Positions 32,110 to 41,435 of a stretch of DNA of 63,349 nt are shown here, piece by piece; the stretch's first letter is position 1; every line of letters starts with the position of its first letter. The stretch is taken from the NCBI GenBank assembly GCA_903880005.1, contig CAIRNV010000203.1, positions 1 to 63,349 on the forward strand, written 5' to 3'. The notes below the pieces were generated by a model. The model was not told where the DNA came from. It worked only from the letters and a program-made list of their open reading frames with translations, and searched no databases. This DNA is from an uncultured Verrucomicrobiota bacterium. Its GTDB lineage: Bacteria; Verrucomicrobiota; Verrucomicrobiia; Limisphaerales; UBA9464. The translations under genes and the position numbers were made by a program.

Positions 32110-33915
32110 ATGCGATCAGGCTTTTTCCTCGGGCTGTCCAGGGCGTTGCTGTTGGGATTCCTCGTCGGCAAGTCCACGGCCCAGGAGGCATTGCAGGGTC
32201 CGTTTAGGCCTGGCACCGGCAACTGGACGTTGGTCAAGGATGGAGGCTTCGAGATTCCCCCTGGACCGCTGGTCGTTTCAGCGACGTATATCCTCGACGG
32301 CTCTTGGTTCGTGCTCAGGTCCCTCGGCAGCTCGGGTTCCGCCAGCGTGGACCCCGTTGCCGCCGCGCGCGGCAGCCAAGGCGTCGTCATCCGGCCGGGC
32401 GTGTTCGATGGCCCCGGCATCGGCCTGGCGCTTGGCACCACACTGCGGCTTCCTGCGGGTGTGCCCCACGTGCTGAGCGCTTGGGTTCGGCGCCCCAATC
32501 CCTCGCCCAAGAACCCCCAGATGTACCTCGACCTGTGGGATGCCCCCGGCGACATCGCGGTGCCGATCCCCGCCCGGCCCGGATGGCAGTTCGTCCATGG
32601 AGTCTTCACGCCGACGTCTGCGGCCGTGGGAATCCGGGCCGTCATCGATGGCAACGTGACCGAGCTCGACGAGTTGCATGTCGATGAGATGGCCATTACG
32701 CCGCTGTCCGAATTCCGGCCTCCCGAGCCGCTGCTGGCCTTCTTCAACGTGCGTTTCGGGACGGTTGACTCACCGATCCTGCGTGGTCCCGCAGCCTACG
32801 GAGAATCCACGAACGACTTCTGGAACCATTACTCGCGGGACGACGGCGCCGGGGGCTTCAAGACATCCGGCCTCGTGTCGCCGCTGATCGATGCCTCCGG
32901 CCAACCCTCCGCCGCCTCCCTGTCCATCGACAACGCGGCGGGCGCATGGGGCAGCGGGCTCTCCCACCCGCTGCTGCAAGTGTATCTCTACCCCCTCGGC
33001 GGCCCTGCCCGCATCACCCTCACCGTGACGAACCTGCCCACCGGTTCCTACGATGCCTACCTTTATGGCCACGGAGGCCCTCCCGACTCCTTCAACAGCG
33101 CGTTCACCGTCCTCTCCGGGCCCGTTTCCTATGGCACGCGCGTGACCACCACGAATGCCTCATGGCGCCTCCCCGAGTGGATCGAGGGCGCGCAATTCGT
33201 CCGGTTCACCAACGTCTTCGTCACGCGATCCGAGGCCCTCGTCATCCTGGCGGACAAGGATGCCCAGTACCATCCCAGCCTCAATGGCCTCCAGCTCGTG
33301 AGACGTTCCACCGAGCGATTCCGTGTCGGCCCCGAGTCCACCGCGTTTCGGGGTGCGCTCCAGGTGGTCGCCCAGCAGGATCCCGCCCTCGTCCTCCGTT
33401 ACTCCACCAACGGCACGGTGCCTTCCACCAACTCGCCGATCCTCCCGCCGGTCCTGCTCCTCACGAACTCCGTTCAACTTGCCGTGCAAGCCTTCGAGTC
33501 CAGCCAGCCCGTCGGGGCGCTGGTTCGTCGCGAGTTCGGGCTCATTCCCCAGCTTGACGACGGGATCCCGGCGGACTGGCGCATCCGGTATTTCGGGGTC
33601 AACGCATGGTCCGACCCGCGTTCCCAAGCGAACGCCGACCCCGACGGGGACGGGACGAGCAACCTGGATGAATTCAAGGCGGGGTCCCATCCGCTGGATC
33701 CCCTGGACGGCTTCGCATCCTCCGCGCGCCAAGTCCCTTCGATCCAGTGGAACAGCGTTGCGGGCGTCACCTATCGCGTCCTGAGGAAGGACCGGCTCTC
33801 GGACGCCCAGTGGACCGAGGTGCGGCGGATTCGCGCCGTGACGGCCCGGACGGAGTTCGTCGATTCGACGGTGGATGGGCAGCCGCGCTTCTACCGGATC
33901 GAGCCGGTTCGATGA
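32110..33915 (+). CDS. Exported multidomain protein (jelly-roll/CBM-like, Fn3-associated, TSP3-like Ca motif, FYR-type C-terminus)
   Basis: Signal peptide; DGGFE...VDEMAI, YSTNGTVP, DPDGDGTSNLDEF, WNSVAGVTYRV...FYRI. Confidence 0.7.
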   Translation: MRSGFFLGLSRALLLGFLVGKSTAQEALQGPFRPGTGNWTLVKDGGFEIPPGPLVVSATYILDGSWFVLRSLGSSGSASVDPVAAARGSQGVVIRPGVFDGPGIGLALGTTLRLPAGVPHVLSAWVRRPNPSPKNPQMYLDLWDAPGDIAVPIPARPGWQFVHGVFTPTSAAVGIRAVIDGNVTELDELHVDEMAITPLSEFRPPEPLLAFFNVRFGTVDSPILRGPAAYGESTNDFWNHYSRDDGAGGFKTSGLVSPLIDASGQPSAASLSIDNAAGAWGSGLSHPLLQVYLYPLGGPARITLTVTNLPTGSYDAYLYGHGGPPDSFNSAFTVLSGPVSYGTRVTTTNASWRLPEWIEGAQFVRFTNVFVTRSEALVILADKDAQYHPSLNGLQLVRRSTERFRVGPESTAFRGALQVVAQQDPALVLRYSTNGTVPSTNSPILPPVLLLTNSVQLAVQAFESSQPVGALVRREFGLIPQLDDGIPADWRIRYFGVNAWSDPRSQANADPDGDGTSNLDEFKAGSHPLDPLDGFASSARQVPSIQWNSVAGVTYRVLRKDRLSDAQWTEVRRIRAVTARTEFVDSTVDGQPRFYRIEPVR

Positions 33916-33945
33916 GCGAGGGCGGGCAAGTTGCAAGCTTCGCGC

Positions 33946-33974
33946 TTGGCCGGGCGAGGCGGGGTGCATAGCGT
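33946..33974 (+). promoter_or_regulatory. Possible sigma70-type promoter for moeB-trpB
   Basis: TTGGCC-N17-TAGCGT just upstream of the start codon; pattern match only. Confidence 0.3.
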
Positions 33975-33986
33975 GGGGCCTTGGAT

Positions 33987-35138
33987 ATGATCGAGCTTTC
34001 GAACGAGGAGATCCGCCGCTATTCGCGCCACCTCATCTTGCCGGAGGTGGGGATGGCGGGGCAGCGCAGGATTCGGAACACGTCGGTGCTGTGCATTGGG
34101 GCGGGCGGGCTTGGCAGCCCCATCGCGATGTACCTCGCGGCGGCCGGCGTGGGGCGAATCGGGATCGTGGACTTCGACACGGTGGACGTGTCCAACTTGC
34201 AGCGGCAGATCCTTCACACGGACGCCGACGTGGGGCGATCCAAGGCGGAGTCGGCGCAGGAGACGATCCGGGGCCTGAACCCGAACGTGGAGGTGGTGTT
34301 GCACAAGACGCGCATCAGCTCGGAGAACGCCCTCGACCTGATCCGGCCCTACGACATCGTGGTGGACGGCACGGACAACTTCCCGACGCGCTACCTGACG
34401 AACGACGCGTGCGTGTTGCTGGGGAAGCCAAACGTCTATGGGTCGATCTTCCGGTTCGAGGGGCAGGCGAGCGTGTTCGCGCCGTCGAAGGGCGGCCCTT
34501 GCTACCGTTGCCTGTACCCGGAGCCGCCGCCGCCGGGCATGGTGCCGAGCTGCGCCGAGGGCGGCGTGCTGGGCGTGTTGCCGGGCATCATCGGCTGCAT
34601 CCAAGCCACGGAGATCCTCAAGCTGGCCCTGGGCAAGGGCTCGTCGCTGGTGGGGCGGTTGATGCTTTTCAACGCGCTCGACATGAAGTTCCGCGAGCTG
34701 AAGCTGCGGCGCGACCCGAGGTGCCCGATCTGCGGCGACGCGCCGACGATCAAGGCGTTGATCGACTACGAGCAGTTCTGCGGGATCGTGCCGGAGCCGG
34801 CGGCCACGGGTGGCAACCCGGACGAGGTCACGGTGCAGGACATGAAGAAGGCCCTCGACAACCCCGCGCTGGGGATCCGCGTCATCGACGTGCGGGAGGC
34901 CGACGAGTTCGCGATCGCGCGGGTGACGGGCACGACGTTGGTGCCGTTGAGCCTCCTGCCGCAACGCTTCACCGAGCTGGACGCCAACGCCCAGTACTAC
35001 CTGCACTGCAAGGGCGGCGTGCGCTCCTTGAAGGCCCTGCAATTCCTGCGCGAGCGCGGGTACAAGTACGTCAAGTCGGTGAAGGGCGGCATCGGCGCGT
35101 GGTCGGACCAGATCGACGCGTCGGTGCCCAAGTACTAG
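33987..35138 (+). CDS. moeB: MoeB/MoeZ adenylyltransferase with C-terminal rhodanese domain
   Basis: RYSRHL, GAGGLG, SNLQRQ, DGTDNF, CYRC, SCAEGG, CPIC; rhodanese loop CKGGVRS. Confidence 0.93.
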   Translation: MIELSNEEIRRYSRHLILPEVGMAGQRRIRNTSVLCIGAGGLGSPIAMYLAAAGVGRIGIVDFDTVDVSNLQRQILHTDADVGRSKAESAQETIRGLNPNVEVVLHKTRISSENALDLIRPYDIVVDGTDNFPTRYLTNDACVLLGKPNVYGSIFRFEGQASVFAPSKGGPCYRCLYPEPPPPGMVPSCAEGGVLGVLPGIIGCIQATEILKLALGKGSSLVGRLMLFNALDMKFRELKLRRDPRCPICGDAPTIKALIDYEQFCGIVPEPAATGGNPDEVTVQDMKKALDNPALGIRVIDVREADEFAIARVTGTTLVPLSLLPQRFTELDANAQYYLHCKGGVRSLKALQFLRERGYKYVKSVKGGIGAWSDQIDASVPKY

Positions 35139-35172
35139 CGGCGGCCCCACGCACGACACCCGAGGAGGAACC

Positions 35173-36402
35173 ATGACCGCCAAGCCTGATGTGATGTACG
35201 CGAGCCCGTCCATGCCGGATGCCGAGGGGCACTTCGGGCCGTTTGGGGGGCGGTACGTTCCGGAGACGCTCGTGCATCCGTTGCAGCAACTGGAGGACGA
35301 GTACTTCCGCGCGCAGCATGATCCGGCCTTCCAGAAGGAGTTGTCGTACTACCTGTCGGAGTTTGTGGGGCGTCCGACGCCCCTGTACCTGGCGGAGCGC
35401 CTGACCCGGGAGCTCGGCGGTGCAAAGATCTACCTCAAGCGCGAGGACCTGCTGCACACGGGCGCGCACAAGATCAACAACGCCCTCGGGCAGGTCCTTC
35501 TCGCCCGGCGCATGGGCAAGACCCGCATCATCGCGGAGACGGGCGCCGGCCAGCACGGTGTGGCCACGGCCACGGTGTCGGCGATGTTCGGGCTCCAGTG
35601 CGTCATCTACATGGGCGCGGTGGATTGCGAGCGCCAGGCGTTGAACGTATACCGCATGAAGATGTTGGGGGCGGAGGTCGTGCCCGTTCAGGCCGGCCAA
35701 CGCACCCTCAAGGAGGCCGTCAACGAGGCCATGCGCGACTGGGTGACGCACGTCCGGTCCACCCACTACATCCTCGGCACGGCCTACGGGGCGCATCCGT
35801 ATCCGCTGATGGTCCGCAACTTTCACCGGGTCATCGGGGACGAGGCACGCCGGCAGATCTTGGAGAAGGAGGGGCGTCTCCCGGATTGCCTGATGGCTTG
35901 CGTCGGCGGCGGTTCCAACGCCATCGGTTTGTTCTACCCGTTCCTCAATGACACCCATGTCCGGATGGTGGGCGTCGAGGCGGGCGGGCATGGAATCCAG
36001 CCGGAGCAACATGCGGCGCGTTTCCACGGCGGATCCCTCGGCGTGTTGCAAGGGACGCGGTCCTACATCCTCCAGGACGACCACGGGCAGATTCAGTTGA
36101 CGCACTCGGTTTCGGCCGGGCTCGACTACGCCGCCGTGGGTCCCGAGCACGCATGGCTCCATGACGCGGGACGCGTGGAATACACCTACGCCACGGACGA
36201 CAAGGCCCTGGAGGCGTTCATGCGGTTGGCGCGCACCGAGGGCATCATCCCTGCGCTGGAGTCGGCCCATGCCGTGGCCGAGGCCATCCGCCGGGCGCCC
36301 ACGATGGGGCGGGACCAATTGATCGTCGTCAACTTGTCCGGGCGCGGCGACAAGGACGTGATGCAGGTCGCCCAGAAGATCGGACTTCAGATGCCGGTGT
36401 AG
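35173..36402 (+). CDS. trpB: Tryptophan synthase beta chain
   Basis: HTGAHKINN (PLP Lys), [29 protein letters not shown]. Confidence 0.98.
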   Translation: MTAKPDVMYASPSMPDAEGHFGPFGGRYVPETLVHPLQQLEDEYFRAQHDPAFQKELSYYLSEFVGRPTPLYLAERLTRELGGAKIYLKREDLLHTGAHKINNALGQVLLARRMGKTRIIAETGAGQHGVATATVSAMFGLQCVIYMGAVDCERQALNVYRMKMLGAEVVPVQAGQRTLKEAVNEAMRDWVTHVRSTHYILGTAYGAHPYPLMVRNFHRVIGDEARRQILEKEGRLPDCLMACVGGGSNAIGLFYPFLNDTHVRMVGVEAGGHGIQPEQHAARFHGGSLGVLQGTRSYILQDDHGQIQLTHSVSAGLDYAAVGPEHAWLHDAGRVEYTYATDDKALEAFMRLARTEGIIPALESAHAVAEAIRRAPTMGRDQLIVVNLSGRGDKDVMQVAQKIGLQMPV

Positions 36403-36461
36403 CAGGGGAGCTTGGCACGCCCTTCCGTGGCGGCCCCCCCTTCCATGCGGGTCGTGCAGGT

Positions 36462-36947
36462 CTAGCGAGGGTGGGGTGGCTCGCCTCCCTTGGGTGGGGC
36501 GGAATCGGCCGGGCCGGGAGGCTTGCCTTGGGGGCCGTTGCGGGTGCGCTCGCGTTCGGCTTGGCGCTCCCGGAACCACTTGTCCCGGCGCTCCTCCATC
36601 TCCTTGAACTTCTGCTGCTGTCCGGGGTCCAGGAGGCCGAGGATGCTGCGGTTGCAGTCCTGCATGATGGCGCCGGTCTGGCGAAAGTTTTCCCGGTGGA
36701 GGGCCCGCACCCGTTGGCTGGCCTCCTGGAGCATGGGCTCGATCTGCGCGACCTGGTTGGTGGAGAGGCCCAGCTCTCGGCTGTATTTCTCCAAGAGGTG
36801 GGAGGCCATGTCCCGGGGCGGGTGTGGCGGGCGTTGGATGGCGGCTTGCCGCCCCATGGGATAGCCCACGGCGACGCCGGCCGCCGCGCCGGCCACGAAC
36901 ACGGCGGCCAGGGACGCAAGGACTTGGTTGCGGTTCAGGCCGTTCAT
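36462..36947 (-). CDS. Periplasmic helical sensor-like protein (Spy/CnrX-like)
   Basis: N-terminal TM VFVAGAAAG, ELGLSTNQ and LLDPGQQQKF (LTxxQ-like); 4-nt overlap with the upstream gene. Confidence 0.65.
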   Translation of the reverse strand: MNGLNRNQVLASLAAVFVAGAAAGVAVGYPMGRQAAIQRPPHPPRDMASHLLEKYSRELGLSTNQVAQIEPMLQEASQRVRALHRENFRQTGAIMQDCNRSILGLLDPGQQQKFKEMEERRDKWFRERQAERERTRNGPQGKPPGPADSAPPKGGEPPHPR

Positions 36948-37258
36948 GGGAGCCATCCGGTGGTCATGGCAACCGCCAGCCCCGGGTCGTTGAGGACGTA
37001 GGGGTCGTTGGCCGAGTCCTCGATGTGGCTGGAGGCAAACCAACCGGCGGCCATGGCGACGACGGCCGTGGCGCACGCGGTGGCGAGGCCCACGCGCCAC
37101 GTGCGTTGCAACGCCATGGCGGCAGCCTCGTGGCTGCGGTGCCGGTAGGCGGCCAAGGCGCGCATCTCGGTGGCGAGGGACACAGGAGGTGCCTCGGCCT
37201 GCGGCGCACGCGCGGCGGCGCGCAGGAGTCGGTCGAGTTGCTGGTCGATCGGTTTCAT
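36944..37258 (-). CDS. Putative single-TM anti-sigma factor
   Basis: 104 aa, LDRLLRAAA N-terminus, one TM segment, translationally coupled to the ECF sigma gene. Confidence 0.6.
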   Translation of the reverse strand: MKPIDQQLDRLLRAAARAPQAEAPPVSLATEMRALAAYRHRSHEAAAMALQRTWRVGLATACATAVVAMAAGWFASSHIEDSANDPYVLNDPGLAVAMTTGWLP

Positions 37259-37842
37259 GGGTTGGATTCGCGGAGCAGGGCCTTGAGGCCTTGCTTCATC
37301 TTTTGGCGGGCTCGAAAGGCACGGACCTTGACGAGGGGGGTGCTCCAGCCGGTGACCTTGTGGATGTCCTCCACGGAGCGCCCCTCGAGGTGCAGCAGGG
37401 TGATGACGAGGCGGTCGGCCGGCGACAAGGACTCCAGGAGCTTGGCCACAATCTCGCGGGCCTCGAAGGCGTGGTCGTCTGGCAGTTCCGCAGTGGCCGT
37501 GGCCAGGTTCTGGATCACCTCGACCTCGGCCTCGGAAAGGTCGGCGTGGCGCAGCTCGGGGCGGACGCGCTCGCGGCTCAGCTCGTTGAAGCACGTGTTC
37601 ACGGCGATGCGCGAGACCCAATGGGCCAGGGGAACCTCCCCCCGGAACTGGTCAATCCGGGTGAACACCTTGGTGAAGACGGCTTGCACGAGATCTTCCT
37701 CGGAGGTGCGGCGCGGCAAGTGCGACCGCACGATCTTGACGACCAGCGGATGCAGGTGCCCCAAGAGGTCCCGGGCGGCGTCCTCGTCCCCTTCGCGCAC
37801 CCGCGCGACGCAGGCCTCGACGTCCAACTCCGGTTCATCCAT
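37255..37842 (-). CDS. ECF RNA polymerase sigma factor
   Basis: EDLVQAVF, WVSRIAVNTC (region 2), DRLVITLLHLEG...VKVRAFRAR (region 4). Confidence 0.93.
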   Translation of the reverse strand: MDEPELDVEACVARVREGDEDAARDLLGHLHPLVVKIVRSHLPRRTSEEDLVQAVFTKVFTRIDQFRGEVPLAHWVSRIAVNTCFNELSRERVRPELRHADLSEAEVEVIQNLATATAELPDDHAFEAREIVAKLLESLSPADRLVITLLHLEGRSVEDIHKVTGWSTPLVKVRAFRARQKMKQGLKALLRESNP

Positions 37843-37990
37843 GAAGCGACTCCGGCAGCATCTCCACCGAGCAAGACCGTTGGCAAGCCCTGGGGTTACG
37901 GGGACATGACGACCGGTGGCCCCTTGGTGACGATGCCCACCGGGCCTCGCGACGTGGCACCTCTCCGGCCCGCCTCGCTCCGGATGCCCC

Positions 37991-38113
37991 GTGCATCCCG
38001 AAGCGGTTGGCGGGATCTGGACGAGAGCATGGGTTGGCGGCCGAGGACGGCCGCGCTCCCAGGGTCGGGCGACCCAAGACGTTTTCGGGATCACCCCCAA
38101 CTTCGGGATGCGC
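37991..38113 (+). repeat. Family A element, complete but internally shorter
   Basis: TIR GTGCATCCCGAAG ... CTTCGGGATGCGC, hairpin GCGGCCG-AGGA-CGGCCGC-GCTCCCAGG. Confidence 0.85.
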
Positions 38114-38177
38114 CGGTGGATGACGCGCCCCGAAATTAGGTGTTGCCGTCGCAAGTTCATCTGCGTAACCCAAGCCC

Positions 38178-39071
38178 ATGAGCAAGCGCACGAGGTTGGC
38201 GAACCGGGGTTTACGGGCTGTCGCGGCCATTTCCATTGGCTTGGCATCGATCCCGGCAGGACGGGTCGAGGCGCTGATTTTTTATTCGTCCGGTTCGACC
38301 ACCTTCAACACGGCGGCGCCCTCGGGCTCCCTCGCTGGCAGCGGATGGCAGTTCCAAGGCCGCTGGGGCAGCTTCCTCGGCACGCCGGTCGCGCCGAATT
38401 TCTTCATCGCCGCCAAGCACGTCGGGGGCAAGGTTGGTGACGTTTTCAGCTGGAACGGGGTCTCCTACACGACGGTGGCCAAGGTGCCGCATCCCACGGC
38501 GGACTTGGTGCTCTGGAAGGTTTCTAGGGCTTTCCCCTCTTATTCACCCCTTTACACGGCCTCGAACGAGACGGGCCGTTCCCTGGTGGTGTTTGGTCGA
38601 AGCGCGGCCCGCGGGGCTGAGGTCTCGGTGACCAACGCGTCGCCTTCGGCGCTTCGCGGTTGGAAATGGGGCGGACCCGGCGGAGGCACGATTCGCTGGG
38701 GTCAAAACGCCGTCCATAGCGTCACGACGATGGGTGGTGCCAGCTACTTGGTGGCGGGTTTCGACCGGGCCGGAGGCGTCAATGAGGCGACCTTGGCGAC
38801 CGGGGACTCCAGCGGGGCCGTGTTCATCAACGACGGCACGGGCTGGAAGTTGGCCGGCATCAACTACGGGGTTCAGGCGGACTTCGCCATGACGGCAACC
38901 GCCCCGTCGTTCAGGGCGGCCATCTTTGACGCGGGCGGCTTGTACGTCGGCGCGACGGTCAGCCAAAGGTTCTTCTTGCCAGACCAGGCGGCCGACATGA
39001 GCGCGGCATGGTTCGCCACGCGGATCTCGTCCTACGCGGCTTGGATCAAGACCACGGCGGGGCTGCCTTGA
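38178..39071 (+). CDS. Exported trypsin-like serine protease
   Basis: Signal peptide; AAKH (His), ADL (Asp), GDSSG (Ser), WKLAGINY, TRISSY. Confidence 0.75.
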   Translation: MSKRTRLANRGLRAVAAISIGLASIPAGRVEALIFYSSGSTTFNTAAPSGSLAGSGWQFQGRWGSFLGTPVAPNFFIAAKHVGGKVGDVFSWNGVSYTTVAKVPHPTADLVLWKVSRAFPSYSPLYTASNETGRSLVVFGRSAARGAEVSVTNASPSALRGWKWGGPGGGTIRWGQNAVHSVTTMGGASYLVAGFDRAGGVNEATLATGDSSGAVFINDGTGWKLAGINYGVQADFAMTATAPSFRAAIFDAGGLYVGATVSQRFFLPDQAADMSAAWFATRISSYAAWIKTTAGLP

Positions 39072-39193
39072 TTTGGTGAGATCCTCCCGTTGCGCAGGGC
39101 ATCCACGGGAAGACTGAGGAGGTCGGGGGGGGAAACCGGCGCATCGCGAGCGCGGCAGTTTGCCATTCTTGCGACTGGGGGCACGATGCCTAG

Positions 39194-40153
39194 GTGCTTG
39201 GACTGGATGACTTGGCGGCGTTGGCGGCGGCCCATGACGAGGCCTTGAAGGCTCGCGTGGCCTCGTTCGAGGTGTGTGGCCGGCGCTTCGACGGCAACGA
39301 ACGGCCCGAGTTGATGGGGGTCGTCAATCTTTCGTCGGACTCCTGGTACCGTGAGAGCGTGAGCCTTTCGGCGGAGGCTGCCATCCGGCGCGGGCGAATC
39401 CTCGTCGAGCAAGGGGCCGCGATCGTGGACATCGGGGCCGAATCCACCTTGGAGCATGCGGAGCGTGTGGAGGAGGCGCGGCAAAACAGCCGCTTGCTCC
39501 CCGTGGTCCGCGAACTGGCCGGCGCAGGCGTGGTCGTCTCCGTGGAGACCTACCATCCCGAGGTGACGCGGGCGTGCTTCGAGGCGGGCGCCCGCGTGTT
39601 GAACCTCACGGGCAATGCTCGGACGCCCGAGATGTTCCGGATGGTGGCGGACCACGATGGGGCCGTGATCTTGTGCCACGTGCAGGGAGCCAACGTCCGC
39701 GAGGTGGGCGACTTCGACTTCGGGGCGGATCCGGCGGCCATGTTGTACGAGCACTTTGCCCGGCAGTTGGAAATGGCGACGTCGCAGGGCGTGCGGCGTG
39801 CGTGGATCGATCCGGGGTTGGGGTTTTACTACCGCAACCTGGCGGATTCCGCGACGCGTATTCGCCACCAGATGCGGGTGTTCCTCAACACGTTCCGCCT
39901 GCGACGGCTGGGCTTCCCGACGTGCCACGCGTTGCCGCATGCGTTCGAGTGCTTCGAGGACGACGTCCGTTGCGCCGAGCCCTTCTTCGCGGTCTTGGCG
40001 GCGCTGGGGCGGACGGATTTGTTCCGGACCCACGAGGTGCCGCGCGTGCGCGCCGTCCTGAAGACGCTGGGGTTGTGGGACGGCGGCGCGGGCTCTGGCG
40101 GCCTTCCCGCGCCTCGTCCTGCGGTGGAGGCGTTGACGCCTCGTGCGGGGTGA
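39194..40153 (+). CDS. Dihydropteroate synthase-like pterin-binding TIM barrel (divergent)
   Basis: MGVVNLSSDSW, DIGAEST, DPGLGF, RTHEV; lacks the SRK motif. Confidence 0.8.
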   Translation: MLGLDDLAALAAAHDEALKARVASFEVCGRRFDGNERPELMGVVNLSSDSWYRESVSLSAEAAIRRGRILVEQGAAIVDIGAESTLEHAERVEEARQNSRLLPVVRELAGAGVVVSVETYHPEVTRACFEAGARVLNLTGNARTPEMFRMVADHDGAVILCHVQGANVREVGDFDFGADPAAMLYEHFARQLEMATSQGVRRAWIDPGLGFYYRNLADSATRIRHQMRVFLNTFRLRRLGFPTCHALPHAFECFEDDVRCAEPFFAVLAALGRTDLFRTHEVPRVRAVLKTLGLWDGGAGSGGLPAPRPAVEALTPRAG

Positions 40154-40271
40154 CAGGCCGGGGCCTCTGATCGGAAGCACGGGAAGCGGCACCCATCCCG
40201 TCGCGCAGGGGGCATCCCACCGCCCTCGGCCTTTGAGGGGCGACGGAAGGTTGGGGCGTGCTGGGTCCTTA

Positions 40272-40436
40272 GCCGGGACGATGCAGTTGGATCGGTCGTG
40301 CTTGCTCGATCTGCTTGCGCAAATCCTTCGTTGTTCGCTCGTTACGGGCCTCGAACCGGCCCGCGCCTCGCTCACTCCTCGGCTTGCGCAAGCATCTGCT
40401 TCGCAATCACTTCCCTCCCAACTGAATCGTCCCGGC
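40272..40436. mobile_element. 165-bp MITE (family B) with TTA target-site duplication
   Basis: TIRs GCCGGGACGATGCAGTTGG / CCAACTGAATCGTCCCGGC; TTA at 40269-40271 and 40437-40439; opposite orientation to the 14596 copy. Confidence 0.9.
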
Positions 40437-40445
40437 TTAGCCTGG

Positions 40446-41333
40446 CTACAACAACTCCCCCTGGAGGGCAGGTCCCTCCGGGCCCAGGGCCGCCAGGAGG
40501 CTTCGGAAGTTCCAACGTTGATACATCGGGCGAAGGAGCGCGGGGTCGCCGGGGCGCGGCGTCAGTTGGTCGAGGGCCGGGCCGCCGGGCAGGTCGCATT
40601 TGAGCCGGACCATCACGGCGTTGCGACGCAGGGTTTCGGCGGCTCCCAGGAGTTCCGCTCGGAGTTTCTCGGCCTTGATGGACGGGGCGGCTGCAAGGAC
40701 CCCTTGGGCGGAGCCAAATCGCCGAAGAAGGTCTGCGGCGGTCTTGGGGCCGACGCCGGGGATGCCCGGGATGTTGTCCACGGAATCCCCGACCAACGCG
40801 AGCCAGTCGGCGACCAGGGTGGGTGGCACGCCGGTCTTGGCCTCGACCTCGGGGGGGCCCCACGGGCGCTCGGATTTGTCGTTGGGGTTGAGGAGACGGA
40901 CCTCGGGCGTGACGAGTTGCATGAAGTCCTTGTCGGCGGAGGCGATGGTGACGGCCCAGGCGCGTGCCGAGGCTTGATGGGCGAGGGTGCCGATCCAGTC
41001 GTCGGCCTCGGTGCCGGGCCTGACGAACTGGGGCCAGCCGGCGGCGTCGAGCCAGGCGACGATCTGGGGGATTTGGGCGGCGAGGTCCTGGGGCGTCTCG
41101 GATCGGTTGGCCTTGTAGGCGGGCCATTCACGCGTCCTTTGCTCGTCCAGCCCTCCATCCCAGACGACGCACACGTGGGTGGGGGAGAGGATGCCGACGA
41201 TTTTCTGGAGCGTCTTGATGAAGCCGAAGATGGCGTTCGTGGGGGTGCCGTCGGGCGCATGGAGCGAACGGATGGCATGGAACGAACGGAAGGCGTAATG
41301 ATGGGCGTCCACGAGCAACAAGTGCGACGTCAT
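40446..41333 (-). CDS. Stand-alone 5'-3' exonuclease / flap endonuclease (PolA N-terminal-like)
   Basis: LLVD, PTNAIFGF, YKANR, EADD, SADKD, GDSVDNIPGIPGVGPKTA. Confidence 0.92.
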   Translation of the reverse strand: MTSHLLLVDAHHYAFRSFHAIRSLHAPDGTPTNAIFGFIKTLQKIVGILSPTHVCVVWDGGLDEQRTREWPAYKANRSETPQDLAAQIPQIVAWLDAAGWPQFVRPGTEADDWIGTLAHQASARAWAVTIASADKDFMQLVTPEVRLLNPNDKSERPWGPPEVEAKTGVPPTLVADWLALVGDSVDNIPGIPGVGPKTAADLLRRFGSAQGVLAAAPSIKAEKLRAELLGAAETLRRNAVMVRLKCDLPGGPALDQLTPRPGDPALLRPMYQRWNFRSLLAALGPEGPALQGELL

Positions 41334-41435
41334 GGGCGGAGGTTCGGCCGGGGCGCGGGCGTGTGCGAGCGGCAAATCCGGGAACGTTCTTTCCACGCGG
41401 GCGTCCTGCGGGTTACAAGACGGCTTCACGCATCT

